A program made the translations under genes and the position numbers. From positions 3,968,001 to 4,032,000 of the forward strand of contig CM026547.1 in the NCBI GenBank assembly GCA_014905635.1: a stretch of 64,000 nucleotides of DNA, given 5' to 3'. The first letter of the stretch is position 1. Every line of letters begins with the position of its first letter. A model generated the notes under the pieces. It was not told the DNA's origin and did not search any database. It was given only the letters and a program-made list of their open reading frames with translations. Shown here in pieces: positions 1-11,420 of the stretch. Origin of the DNA: Scenedesmus sp. PABB004. Taxonomy: Eukaryota.

Positions 1-528
1 CGGCCGCACGCCCGGCGCGCCCGGCGGCGTCGCGGCGGGCGGCGCCGAGGCGGGGCTCATGCACGAGTGCAGCAGCCCGCCCGGCGGTGAGGAGGAGCTG
101 GAGGCGGAGCACGGCGAGCTCATGGAGAGCATTCTGGAGGACGAGGAGGAGATCATCGCGCTGCACCGGCAGCAGATCGAGGACGCGATGGAGATCGTGC
201 GCCGGTGCGACCGCGGCGCGCGGCGCGCGCGCCGCGGGGTGTGCGCGCGGCGCCGCCGCGCCGCCGCTCTGGGGGCGCGGCCGAGGGCGCGGCCGCCGCG
301 CGTGCGCGCGCGCGTGGCAGGGAGATGGCGATGCTGCAGGAGGTGGACCAGCCGGGCAGCTCGATCGACCAGTACGTCGACGCGCTGGAGGCGGTGCTCG
401 CGGCCAAGATGGAGGGCATCCGCCACCTCCAGGGCCGCCTCGAGCGCTTCAAGTCCAAGCTGCGCGCCGAGGACCTCATGAGCCGCACCGTGCAGAAGAA
501 GCAGGGCGGCCACGCGCCGCGCTGCTGA
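1..528 (+). CDS. Kinesin-13 family protein, C-terminal part (5'-truncated by window edge; intron 205-320)
   Basis: The spliced translation ..ILEDEEEIIALHRQQIEDAMEIVRR|EMAMLQEVDQPGSSIDQYVDALEAVLAAKMEGIRHLQGRLERFKSKL matches the conserved plant/algal kinesin-13 tail. GT..AG intron; TGA at 526-528. Confidence 0.8.
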
Positions 529-934
529 GAGCGCCGCGCCGCGCTGTACAGCTGTCGACCCGGCGGCGGCCGGCACGCGTGTGCGTGCGCGCGTGGCGTT
601 GCGGATGGCGGGCGGGGCGGGTAGGGTAGGCAGAGAGAGCTCTCGGTCACTGTGCAGTCACGGCGCTCGTGGCGCGCGCGGCGCGCACCTCGGCCCAGCG
701 GCGGCGCGCGCAGCGGCGGCGCGCAAAAACCGCGGCGGCGGTCCAGCGGCCAGGCCTGCCGCCGCTGGCAGCGCGCGCCGCCGCCGCCGCGCCCGCAGCC
801 CGGCCCCGCAGGCCGCCCGCCCACGCCGCCGCGGCTGCGCCTGCTCCGCCAGCGCTGCTGCCTCGCCAGCGGCGGGCTGCTGCGCCCCCCGCCTCGCTCG
901 CGGCGGCCAGCGGCTGCTGGGTGGGCGTCCCAGG

Positions 935-1625
935 ATGTGCAAGGGCCCGGCGGAGGACGCCTGCGTCCCGCGCCGGGACGACGGCGGGAGCTCCAGCGAT
1001 GAGGTGCGCCGCGGGCCTGCCACGCGCGCCCCCGGCCCGCCCCGCCCAGCCGGCGCGCCTCCCTCGCGCACCCGGGGCCCGGGTAGACCACCGCAGGCGG
1101 GCAGCACGCATGCTGCGAGCGGCGGCGGCAGCGGCGCCCGCTGCTCGCCGGTCGCTGCTGCCGCTGCCCTGGCCGGCGGCGCCGCTGCCTGCCCTCACCG
1201 GCGCCGCCGCTGCGCGCCCCCGCCCCCGCTCCAACCCCTGGCCGTCCGGCAGGAGGAGGCGGCGCTGGACCGGCGCATCGCGCAGGCGCTGGAGTGCCCG
1301 TGCGTCGACGACCTCAAAGCGGGGCCGTGCGGCGAGCTGTTTGTCAGCACGTTCACGTGCTACCACAAGAGCCGCGCCGAACCCAAGGGCTGCGACTGCC
1401 TGGACGTCAGCCTAGCCTTCGCGGTGCGCGGCGGCGGCGCTCGCGCCCGCGGCAGCCGCGCAGCGCCCCGCGCGGGAGGAGCGCGGCTGCGCCGCGCGGC
1501 GCCGCGCGCTCGGCGCGACGCCGCCGCGCTGCCGCCGCTGGCAGGACTGCCTGCGGAAGCACCCCGACGTGCTGGACGACCTGCACAGCGCCAAGAGCCT
1601 GGCACTGCCAAGTGCCGGCCGCTGA
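935..1625 (+). CDS. MIA40: Mitochondrial intermembrane-space oxidoreductase MIA40 (exons ~935-1003, 1253-1423, 1545-1625)
   Basis: ALECPCVDDLKAGPCGELFVSTFTCYHKSRAEPKGCDCLDVSLAFA|DCLRKHP contains the CPC active site followed by twin CX9C motifs. Start codon uncertain. Confidence 0.85.
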
Positions 1626-1853
1626 CGCGGCGGCGGCGGCGCCGCTCGCGCCGCCGTGTACGTGTACGCAGCTGCGGCCTGTACCAACAGTCGCCCACGG
1701 CGGCGGGGCTTTCTTGTGAGGGGCATTGGCGGGGCGGGCTCGCCGGCGCGCGCCTAGTAAGGCCGCCGGTGCCGGCGGCGCGCCGCGCTGCGCGAGCGTC
1801 GCCCGGGGTCGCGCCGTTGTCGGCGCGCTGGCCGCGGCCGCCGGGCGGCCGCG

Positions 1854-1858
1854 TGTAA
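1854..1858 (+). promoter_or_regulatory. TGTAA chlorophyte polyadenylation signal (MIA40 3' UTR)
   Basis: TGTAA lies ~230 nt after the MIA40 stop. The motif is rare in this GC-rich DNA and is the established chlorophyte poly(A) signal. Confidence 0.55.
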
Positions 1859-1884
1859 ACCAATGGGCGAGCGCAAGAGACAGA

Positions 1885-2710
1885 CACGCCGCGTTGCCGA
1901 TTGGGGGGGGGGGGGGGGCGCACGCGCGCCGTGCCGACCGCTCTGCGCGCTGGCGGCGCCGCAGGCGCAGCGCCGGGGCCGCGGCAGCTCGCTGCGCATG
2001 GCCGCAGCGGTTCAAACCGGCCCCAAACCCCGCTGCAGCCCAGCCCGCGCGCGCCCGGCGCCCCCACGCGCCGTGGCCGGTCGCCCACGCCAACAGGCGC
2101 CAGCGCGGGCGGCGCCCGCGCGCCCAGCGCCCGCACAGCCAGAGCGCGCCGCAGCAGCAGCCTGGCCGGGCGCACACACGCCCGGCCCCGCGTCTCCGCC
2201 GGCCCACGGGGCGCGCGCCCGCCTGCGGGTGGTGTCCGGGCTGCAGCCTGGTCGCCGGCCAGCAGCGCGGCGGCGACCGCCCCGGGCGCTGCGCAGCGGC
2301 CTCGGCTGCTGCTGGCGGAGCGCCGCGCCGCCGCGCGGCCAGAGCCGGCCAGGCAGGGCTCGCAGCCGGTACTGGTGCCATCGCCCACGCTGCCCGCACC
2401 GGCGGCGGCAGGCCGCAGAGCGCGAACGTCGGTCGGGGGCGCGGCGCCTCCCGCCGCTGCGCCCCGACCCCGTGCTGGCGGCACGCTGCCGCCAGGCCCC
2501 CCTGCCCGCCGCAGGCGGCGCGGCGTGTGCGGCGGCGCGCAGCGCGGCGGCGCCCCGGCCTGCCCTGCGCACGCCGGCCTGGACCTTGGGCTGTGTCTGG
2601 GCTCGGGGCCCGGCCGCGCGCGGCGGGGTGCGCGGGCGCCGCTCCACCTGCTGCTGCGCTGAGGGCGCCCGCCCCCGCGCGCGCCGCGCGGCAGGCGGCC
2701 AGCGCGCGGC
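1885..2710 (+). repeat. Long inverted repeat, left arm (~826 bp)
   Basis: Reverse complement of 4737-5553. The ORF translations of the two arms are identical over long stretches in several frames. Confidence 0.95.
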
Positions 2711-2941
2711 GGACGGGCGGCCAGGGCGTCCGGCGGCCGTCGGGACCGGCGCGGGGGCTTTTCGATGGCCCTGCGCGGCGTGCGCAGCCTCGGCGTCTTT
2801 GGGGTTCAGGGATCTGGACGCCAATCACCTCGGTCTCCCCGCACGCCAAGGCCCCCGCCCGGTGCCCGCCTGAAGCCCACCCGCCACGCCGGAGCCCGCC
2901 GCCCCGCCCCGAGCAGCCAGACGCCCGCAGTCGCAGACGCC

Positions 2942-4168
2942 ATGGCCCTCATGATGCAGCGCGCCCAGGGCGCCAGCGTGGCGCGGTCCGCCCGCAGCGT
3001 GGCGGCCCGGCCCGCGGCCGTGTCCCGCTCGACCCGGGCAGTGGTCGTGCGCGCCCAGGACGCAGCTGCGCCCGCCAAGGCGGAGGCTCCCAAGTGGACG
3101 GAGCCCACCCTCGACCCCGACACGCCCTCCCCCATCTTCGGCGGCAGCACCGGCGGCCTGCTGCGCAAGGCGCAGGTGGGGGCGGCGTCGGGGGGGCCGG
3201 GCGCCCACCGCTCGCGCGGCAGCGGGGGCCGCGGCATCGCCCGGCAGCTCGGCCCGATCCCGGGCGCCCCCGCGGCGCAGCGCGCGGCGTGGCGGCCTTG
3301 TCCGCGTGGCCGTGCCCCGGTCTCGGCGCTGGGACGCCTGCCTGAGCGGCGCGGGCGCGGGACGCTCGCAGGTGGAGGAGTTTTATGTGATCACCTGGGA
3401 GAGCACGAAGGAGCAGATCTTTGAGATGCCCACCGGCGGCGCGGCCATCATGCGCAAGGGCCCCAACCTGCTCAAGTTCGCGCGGAAGGAGCAGTGCCTC
3501 GCGCTGACGACCCAGCTGCGCAACAAGTTCAAGTTCACGCCTTGCTTCTACCGCGTCTACCCGAGCGGCGAGGTCGAGTACCTGCACCCCAAGGACGGCG
3601 TCTACCCCGAGAAGGTCAACGCCGGCCGCGCAGGCGTCAACCAGAACTTCCGCCGCATCGGCGAGAACGTCAACCCCATCAAGGCGCGCGACCGCGCGCG
3701 CGCACGCGCGCGCGCAGCAGCAGCAGCGGCGCCGCCGGCGCGCGCGCCGCGGCGCCAGCGCCAGCGCCAGCGCGAGCAGTGGTGTGGGGGCGTCGCGCTA
3801 TGCCCCGCAGCTGAGCAGCGGCGGCGGCGGGCGCGACGGCAGCGGCGGCGGCAGCAGCGGCAGCGGCAGCAGCGGCAGCGGCGGCAGCGGCGGCAGCGGC
3901 GGCAGCGCACCCGCAGCGGCAGGAGTGGCGGCAGCGGCGGTTGCAGCTGCGGCACAGCGGCAGCGGCAGCGCGCAGCGGCAGCACTGCCACGCAGCGGCA
4001 GCGCTCCCGGCAGCAGCGCCACACGGCGGGCGGCGGCGCCGCGGGGGGTCGCCCCGGCCGCGGCGCGCGCGCGCGCGCCGCGCACGCGCTCACCCGCCCG
4101 CGGCCGCCCGCGCCCGCTGCCGCCGCGCGCAGGTGAAGTTCACCGGCAAGGGCACCATGGAGATCTAA
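2942..4168 (+). CDS. psaD: Photosystem I reaction centre subunit II (exons 2942-3175, 3372-3683, 4133-4168)
   Basis: Transit peptide followed by [100 protein letters not shown]. Intron 2 has a GC donor. Confidence 0.98.
3810..4020. repeat. Degenerate (GGCAGC)/(GGC) microsatellite in psaD intron 2
   Basis: Visible tandem cggcagcggcagcagcggcagcgg.. tract. Confidence 0.75.
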
Positions 4169-4736
4169 AGCTCCGGAGCCGCCTGGGTGGGAGTCATTAG
4201 TTCAGCAGCGCACACGCCCCGCCGGAGCGCGCGCGGCGCGCCCGGCTGCAGCAGCAGCAGGGCGGCGCGTGCAGCTAGGCGGGGCGGGCAGTAGGCCCTC
4301 GCGCAGGCACAGCGCGCAGTGCGCGGCGCGCGGCAGCAGCAGCAACGAGCAGCGGCGGCAGCCTGTCGCAGTCGCCCCGAGGCGGCAGCCGCTGCGGCCG
4401 CCCCTCGCGCGGGGGGCGGCCGAGCAGCGAAAGCAGCAGCAGCAGCACGGACGGACATCGATTTGCTCCGAGGTGCTGCCGCGCGCACCCGGGGCGTGTA
4501 GGTTTCGATCTGCACACCCGTCCCGTCAAGGAGTTCCGGCGGTGGGAGTGTGCGCCCGTTTTCCGCGGGCAGGCGCGCGGCGCAACTGCGCGGCGGCACC
4601 CGCCGCTGCGCGTGCACGCCTTTTGGTTGCGGTAGGCACGCGTGCAGCGCCAGGCTGCCCCGGCAGCCAGCCGGCTGGCCGAGCGAGGTAATCACTCGCT
4701 CCCCTGTCGTTCGCGCCGACGGCTGCTGGCCAGTCA

Positions 4737-5553
4737 GCCGCGCGCTGGCCGCCTGCCGCGCGGCGCGCGCGGGGGCGGGCGCCCTCAGCGCAGCAGCAGG
4801 TGGAGCGGCGCCCGCGCACCCCGCCGCGCGCGGCCGGGCCCCGAGCCCAGACACAGCCCAAGGTCCAGGCCGGCGTGCGCAGGGCAGGCCGGGGCGCCGC
4901 CGCGCTGCGCGCCGCCGCACACGCCGCGCCGCCTGCGGCGGGCAGGGGGCCTGGCGGCAGCGTGCCGCCAGCACGGGGTCGGGGCGCAGCGGCGGGAGGC
5001 GCCGCGCCCCCGACCGACGTTCGCGCTCTGCGGCCTGCCGCCGCCGGTGCGGGCAGCGTGGGCGATGGCACCAGTACCGGCTGCGAGCCCTGCCTGGCCG
5101 GCTCTGGCCGCGCGGCGGCGCGGCGCTCCGCCAGCAGCAGCCGAGGCCGCTGCGCAGCGCCCGGGGCGGTCGCCGCCGCGCTGCTGGCCGGCGACCAGGC
5201 TGCAGCCCGGACACCACCCGCAGGCGGGCGCGCGCCCCGTGGGCCGGCGGAGACGCGGGGCCGGGCGTGTGTGCGCCCGGCCAGGCTGCTGCTGCGGCGC
5301 GCTCTGGCTGTGCGGGCGCTGGGCGCGCGGGCGCCGCCCGCGCTGGCGCCTGCTGGCGTGGGCGACCGGCCGCGGCGCGTGGGGGCGCCGGGCGCGCGCG
5401 GGCTGGGCTGCAGCGGGGTTTGGGGCCGGTTTGAACCGCTGCGGCCATGCACAGCGAGCTGCCGCGGCGCCGGCGCTGCGCCTGCGGCGCCGCCAGCGCG
5501 CAGAGCGGTCGGCACGGCGCGCGTGCGGCGCCCCCAATCGGCAACGCGGCGTG
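4737..5553 (-). repeat. Long inverted repeat, right arm (~817 bp)
   Basis: Reverse complement of 1885-2710. I see about 4 substitutions and 2 homopolymer-associated indels. Confidence 0.95.
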
Positions 5554-5956
5554 CCGGCCCCCCTGTGCTCCGCGGGCGCGCCCATCGCGCGGGTGGGGCG
5601 CGCCAGCACACCCGGGCGGGCAGGCGGCCCCCGGCTGGCGCACCCTGTGGGCCGGCGCGCCAACACACAAACGCTCCCCAGTTTGCGCCGGCGACGCGCA
5701 GCGCCTGAGGTGCGCAGCCTGCGCGCGCGCCGGGGGGGGGGGCCCAGCGGTCAGCGGCGCCCGGCCGGGGTGCCTGGGGTCTGTGGTGCGGCCGGGGAGT
5801 CGCAGCAAAGCGTCGCAGGCGGCGCCGGGCGGCGCGCACTTGGGCGCCGCGGTCGCTGCCGGCCGCGCGGGCGCCGGCCTGGGCCCCCTCGGCGGCCCCG
5901 CCGGCCTCCGATCGGCATGGTCTCGCGCCTTTCACATTGCCTGGCGCGGCGCGCGC

Positions 5957-5964
5957 TTTGGCGG
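5957..5964 (+). promoter_or_regulatory. Possible E2F-type site TTTGGCGG upstream of the SNF2 gene
   Basis: Matches TTTSSCGS ~300 nt upstream of the ATG. A single short motif that could be chance. Confidence 0.25.
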
Positions 5965-6206
5965 GCCGTGGGGCGCGCGGGGGGGGCGCTGGAGATTCGG
6001 TTGTGCTGCTCCCGCCCACCGCGGCGCGCGGGCGGGCGGGGCCCGCCTGATCCGGCGCCCTCGCCGCTCACACACGCTGCCGCCGCCCGCTCCCGCCCCC
6101 TCCTGGCCCCGCAGGGCAGCGCGCGCGCGCAGCGGCGGGCGGCAGCAGCGGCGCCCGCGGCAGCGCGGGGCGACGCGGGGCGGCGCCGGGCGCCCCACCA
6201 CCACCT

Positions 6207-6244
<38 letters not shown>

Positions 6245-6260
6245 CAGCGCGCGGCGCGGC

Positions 6261-9200
6261 ATGGAGGGCATCATCGACGACGAGCAGCCCGGGGACGTCC
6301 CCGTGACGCAGCTGCTCGCGACCGCGGCGGGCCAGGGCGGCGGCGACGGCGCGGGGCCGTTCACCGACCTCGTGTCGCAGTTCCAGCTCGGCCGCTCCAG
6401 CGCCGCCGCCGCCGGTAGCGGCGGCGGCGCGCTGCCCGGTGCGCCGGGCGGCGCCGCGCTGCAGCAGCCCGTCCTCGACTGGGGCGCCGACAACGGCGCA
6501 ACCGCGGCGGCGCTCGCGCACCTCGGCGCGCTCGGCGGCGGCGCGGGCGGCGGCAGCGACGGCGGCGGCGGCGGCTTCCGCGACATGAAGCGCGCGCGCA
6601 TGCACGACGGCGGCAGCTCCAACCAGCTCGCCGCGCTCGGCGGCGCCAACGCGACGGGATGGGCCGGCGCGGGCGGCCCGATCGAGGGGACTGACTTTTC
6701 GTCCGTCTACGAGCAGGCGCGCGCGACGCAGCAGCAGCAGCAGCTGCTCTCGGGGCAGGGCTACGGCGACGTGCCGATCAACAGCATGCAGCTGCAGCAG
6801 CAGCAGCAGGCGCTGCTGCTGCAGCAGCAGGCGTTTGGCGGCCTGCCGCAGGGCGGCGGCCGCTACGGCACGCGCTACGGCGGCGGCTACGGCCGCCCGC
6901 CGGCCTCGGCGGCCGCCAACCCCACGCGCCTCACGACGGGCCACAAGCACCAGGAGTACCTGGAGCAGCTGCGCAGCCGCCTCGGCAACCAGGCCGCCGG
7001 CACGCACATGCAGCTGCGCCAGAACGCGGGCCCGCAGCACGTCAACTACGCGCAGATGGCCGGCATGGGCCGCTACGGCGGCTTTGCCGGCTACGGCTAC
7101 GCCGCGCTGCCGGGCGCGGGCGGCGGGCGCGGCAGCTCGGGGTCGTTCAAGCAGGCCGACCCCGAGGCCGACGCCGACCAGGTGCTCAACAAGTGCGAGC
7201 AGGTGCGGCCCCGACGGCGCGCGCGGGCGCGGCACGCGCGGGCGCGTGCGCGCGGGGGCGGCGCCCGGCGCCGGGGCCGCCGCGCGCGCCGCCGACGCGC
7301 GCGCCGCGCCGCGCGCCGCGCCGCCAGATCTCTGCCAACCTGCGCAAGGCGCTGGGCGGCGAGGGCGACGAGGTCGTCGACGCGACGGGCCAGGAGGCGG
7401 ACGGCCTGGGCGGGTCGGGCGCGCTGAAGCTGGTCGAGCGCGGGCCGCGGCTCGAGGCGGCGACGAGCCCGCTGTCGGACCACCTCAAGCCCTACCAGAT
7501 CGTGGGCATCAACTTCCTGCTACTCCTCTACCGCCAGCAGGTCGGCGGCGCGATCCTGGCGGACGAGATGGGCCTCGGCAAGACCGCGCAGGCGATCTGC
7601 TTCCTGGGGCTGCTCTCAGAGTTTGAGAACGACAGGCGCGGCGGCGCAGCGGCGCGCGCGGCGCGCGGCGCAGCGCGGGACGACGCAGCGCGGCGCGGAG
7701 CGCGGGGCGGCGCGCGGCGGGGCGATGCCGGCGCGAGCGCGCCCGCCGACGCCGCCCGCGCCCGCCGCGCCCGCCGCGCTCCGCAGCGGCCCGCACCTGG
7801 TCGTCGCGCCGGCGTCGCTGCTGGAGAACTGGGAGCGCGAGCTCGCGCTCTGGTGCCCGCGGCTGCGCGTGGTGACGTACCACGGCGCGCACAAGGAGAT
7901 GGTGCGCAACCAGCTGGAGAAGTGGCGCTACGACGTGAGTGGGCCGCCGCGGCCGCGCGCGCGCAGGGCAGGGCGGCAGGGCAGGACGGCAGGGCAGGGC
8001 GGCGGGGCAGGGCGGCAGGGCAGGGCGGCCTGCGGCGGCGGCGCGGCGCGGCGCGCTGCGCGGCGCCCACGGCGCCCCGCGCGCCCCGCGCCCGCAGGTC
8101 GCTGCCGAGCTCGACAAGGGCAGCATCACGGAGCCGCCCCCCGGCTGGCTGCGGCCGGGCGAGTACGCCGACGGCGGCGAGGACAGCGGCTCCTCGGGTG
8201 CGCGGCGCGGCGGGCGCGTACACAGGGGCAGCGCGAGGCCCGCGCGGGCCGCCGCCCCTGCCGCGCGCCCGCGCCGACGCCCCGCGCGCGCGCGCCCGCG
8301 CCGACGCCCCGCGCGCGCGCGCCCGCGCCGACGCCCCGCGCCCGCGCCGCCGCGCCGCGCCCGCGCCGCGCCGCCGCGCGCAGAGGACGAGGACGACAAC
8401 CGCTACGCGCAGGAGGAGTTTGGGGAGCAGCCGTTCCACGACCACGGCTACGAGGACCTGGCCGACCCCAAGAGCGGGCGCGGCGCGTTTGACGTCATGC
8501 TCACCACCTACACCCTCTTTGAGCGCGTCGGCGCGAGCAACAGGTGCGCCCGCCCGCGGCGCCAGCGCGAGCCAGCCGCAGCGCCCGGCGGCGGCGGCGG
8601 CGCCCGGCGCGGCGGCGCCAGCGGCGCCGGGCGGCGGCCGACGCAGACCCTGCCGCGCCCGCCCGCGCCCGCGCGCGCCGCGCCGCGCAGCGCTGACCGC
8701 TCGTTCCTGCGCAAGTGGAAGTGGAGCCAGATGATGCTGGACGAGGCGCACGCGCTCAAGAACGCGGCGAGCCAGCGCAGCCGGCGCCTGCGCAAGCTCG
8801 CGGCGGGGTGCCGCGGGCGCGTGATGCTCACCGGCACGCCGCTGCAGAACGACCTCGGCGAGCTGCACAACCTGCTGACCTTCCTGCTGCCCAGCATCTT
8901 CAAGGAGGCTGAGGAGACGGGCGAGGGCAGCTTCGGTGCGCACAGCGCGCGCAGCGCGCAGCGCGCGGGCGCGGCGCGCGGCCCCGTGCCACGCCGCCCT
9001 GCCCCGCGCGCGCCGCCTCACCGTCGCCGCGCCGCGCGCCGCGCCGCGCGCGCGCGCAGACGAGGCGCTGCAGCGCGCGCAGAGCGACCCGGCGGCCGAG
9101 GACCGGCTCATCAAGCGCATGCGCGGCCTGCTGGGGCCCTTTGTGCTGCGCCGCCTCAAGAGCGAGCTCGCGGAGCAGATGGTCACCAAGGAGCACAAGA

Positions 9201-11420
9201 TGCACGAGGTGCGGCGGCGGGGCTGACGTGCGGCGGCGGCGGCAGGCGGGGGAGAGGGGCGGGGGGCCTGGCCACGCCCCGCCGTGCCGCGGGCTGCCGA
9301 CCGCGCCGCGGGCTGCCGACCGCGCGCCGCCGCCGCGGCCGCCGCGCGCAGGTGGCGATGTCGGCGGAGCAGGCGTCGCTGTACAAGGCGGCGGTGGCCA
9401 AGGTCCGCGACGAGGTCATGGCGGCGGTCGAGGCGGCGCAGGCGGGCGGCGGCGGCAGCAGCAGCGGGCGCAACGCGCGCGCGCGCAACCTCAACACCAA
9501 GTACTTCAACGAGGCCGGCGGCGGCGAGGGCATGGCGCCCATCCCGATCACCATCTCCAAGCGCAAGCGCGGCCGCGCGGCGCCGGGCAAGGAGGACGAC
9601 GAGGTGGGCATCATGGACGGCCTCGGCCTGGAGGGCCTGGGCATGTCGAGCGCGACCGCGAGCGAGGGCGGCGCGGGCGCGATGTCGACGCTCAGCGGCC
9701 AGCCCGGCAGCCGCGCGGGCAGCGAGGCGCCCACGCCCGGCGGCGGCGACGCGACCGACACCGCGGCCACGAGCGGCGGCGGTGCCGCCGGCGGCAGCGA
9801 CGGCGGTGCCGTCACGGGCGGCAGCGGCGTCGCGGCGGGCGCCGGCGGCGGCAGCGTCGTCAGCGGCTCGCGGCGCAGCGGCGGCGGCGGCGGCATCGCG
9901 AAGAACAAGGACGAGGCGGCGGCGATGGTGGCCAAGCTGGGCAGCCAGCGCATCAACAACATCTTCACGCACCTCCGCAAGATCTGCCAGCACCCGCTGC
10001 TCGTGCGGCACCACTTCACCGACGAGCTGGTCAAGGAGATCGCCAACGTCGCGAGCGCCAACAAGCTCTACGGCGGCAACTGCTCGCTGCCGCGCGTGCT
10101 GCAGGAGATCTCGGGTGCGCGCCGCGACGCCGCGTGGCCGCGGCGCGGGCGCCGCCCGCCGCCAGCGGCCAGCGACCAGCGGCGCCGCGCCTGCACGCGC
10201 GCCGCCCGCCTGCCTGTCAACCCCGCCCCGCCGCCCCGCGCCGCCGCCACCCGCCGTCCCGCCGTCCCGCGCCCCCGCCGCGACTGGGTCCAGGCTACAA
10301 CGACTTCCAGCTGCACAACTTCTGCCGCAACTACCCCGCCCTGCTGGGCCAGCACATCCTGCCGCCGAGCTGCCTCATGGCGAGCGGCAAGCTCGTCGCG
10401 CTCGACAAGCTGCTCACCGAGCTGCGCGAGAAGGGCAGCCGGCCGCTCATCTTCAGCCAGTGGACGACTGTGCTCGACATACTCGAGTGGTTCCTCCACG
10501 AGCGCGGCCTCACCTACGTCCGCCTCGACGGCAGCACCGCGGTGCGCGCCGCGCCGCGCCCGCACGCTGCGCCGCGCGCCGCCCGCACGCCGCGACGCGC
10601 GCCGCCCGCGTGCCGCCGCCCACGCGCCGCCGTCGCCCGCACGCGCGCCCATGCGTGCCGCGTCTGCGCCGCGCCGCAGGTGTCTGACCGCCTGAGCATC
10701 GTGGACAGCTTCAACGACCCCGCCGGCGGCGTGTTCACGTTCCTGCTCTCCACGCGCGCGGGCGGGCAGGGCCTCAACCTCACCGGCGCCGACACTGTCA
10801 TCCTGCACGACGTGGACTTCAACCCGCAGGCGCGCCCCTGCCGCCGCCGCCGCCGCCGCGGCGGCGGGCCTGCCGCGCCGCGCCGCGTCTGCCGCGCCTG
10901 CCGCGCCTGCCGCGCCTGCCGCGCCGCGCCGACGCCCCGCCCCCGCCGCGCGCGCACGCGCGCTCTTGCCCGCGCGCAGGTGGACCGCCAGGCGGAGGAC
11001 CGCTGCCACCGGCTCGGCCAGACGCGGCCCGTGACGGTGCACCGCATGGTGCTCGCCAACACGGTGGACAACAACATCTTCCAGATCGCGCAGCGCAAGC
11101 TCCGCCTCGACAAGGAGGTGCTGGAGGGCGTGACCGTGACCACCGAGGGCGGCGGCGGCGGCGGGCGCGGCCGCGGCCGCGGGCGCGGCCGCGGCCGCGG
11201 CGGCCGCGGCGACGGCCCCGCGGTCGGCGCGGGCGACAGCAAACACATGGGCGAGATCCTGGCTCAGCTGCTGGCGGGGCACGACGACGACGGCGACGGC
11301 GAGGACGAGGGGGAGGAGGAGGAGGAGGACACCAAGCAGGGCGTGAAGGTCGAGGGCGTCAAGGTCGAGGACGGCGGCGGCGGCGCCGCGGGCATGAAGG
11401 CCGAGGACGGCGCGCAGTAG
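6261..11420 (+). CDS. SNF2-family chromatin remodelling ATPase, SMARCAD1/Fun30/CHR19-like (11 exons)
   Basis: Motifs read across 10 introns: LKPYQIVGINFL, GAILADEMGLGKTAQAI, GPHLVVAPASLLENWEREL, LDEAHALKN, LTGTPLQN, PFVLRRLK, LIFSQWT, RLDGST, FLLSTRAGGQGLNLTGADTVILHDVDFNPQ|VDRQAEDRCHRLGQTRPV. HDVDFNP..DRQAEDRCHR is typical of the Fun30/SMARCAD1 group. Confidence 0.92.
7963..8028. repeat. Degenerate (GGCAG)n repeat in SNF2 intron 3
   Basis: cagggcagggcggcagggcaggacggcagggcaggg.. seen directly. Confidence 0.7.
8262..8341. repeat. 27-bp tandem repeat (~3 copies) in SNF2 intron 4
   Basis: Unit gcccgcgccgacgccccgcgcgcgcgc starts at 8267, 8294 and 8321. Confidence 0.85.

Noticed and set aside
2000..2025. 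tRNA/Pol III-like A-box and B-box look-alike TGGCCGCAGCGGTTCAAACC inside the repeat arm
   Set aside because: The boxes overlap with no spacer and no cloverleaf can be drawn. Not enough to call a tRNA or SINE.
1726..2873. Long ORFs running through the inverted-repeat arms (and their mirrors at 4165-6019)
   Set aside because: Low-complexity translations with no transposase or other domain, and the two arms differ by frame-breaking indels.
1861..5580. Target-site duplication flanking the inverted-repeat unit
   Set aside because: The left flank (..gagacaga) and right flank (ccggcccc..) share no direct repeat, so it is not called a mobile element.
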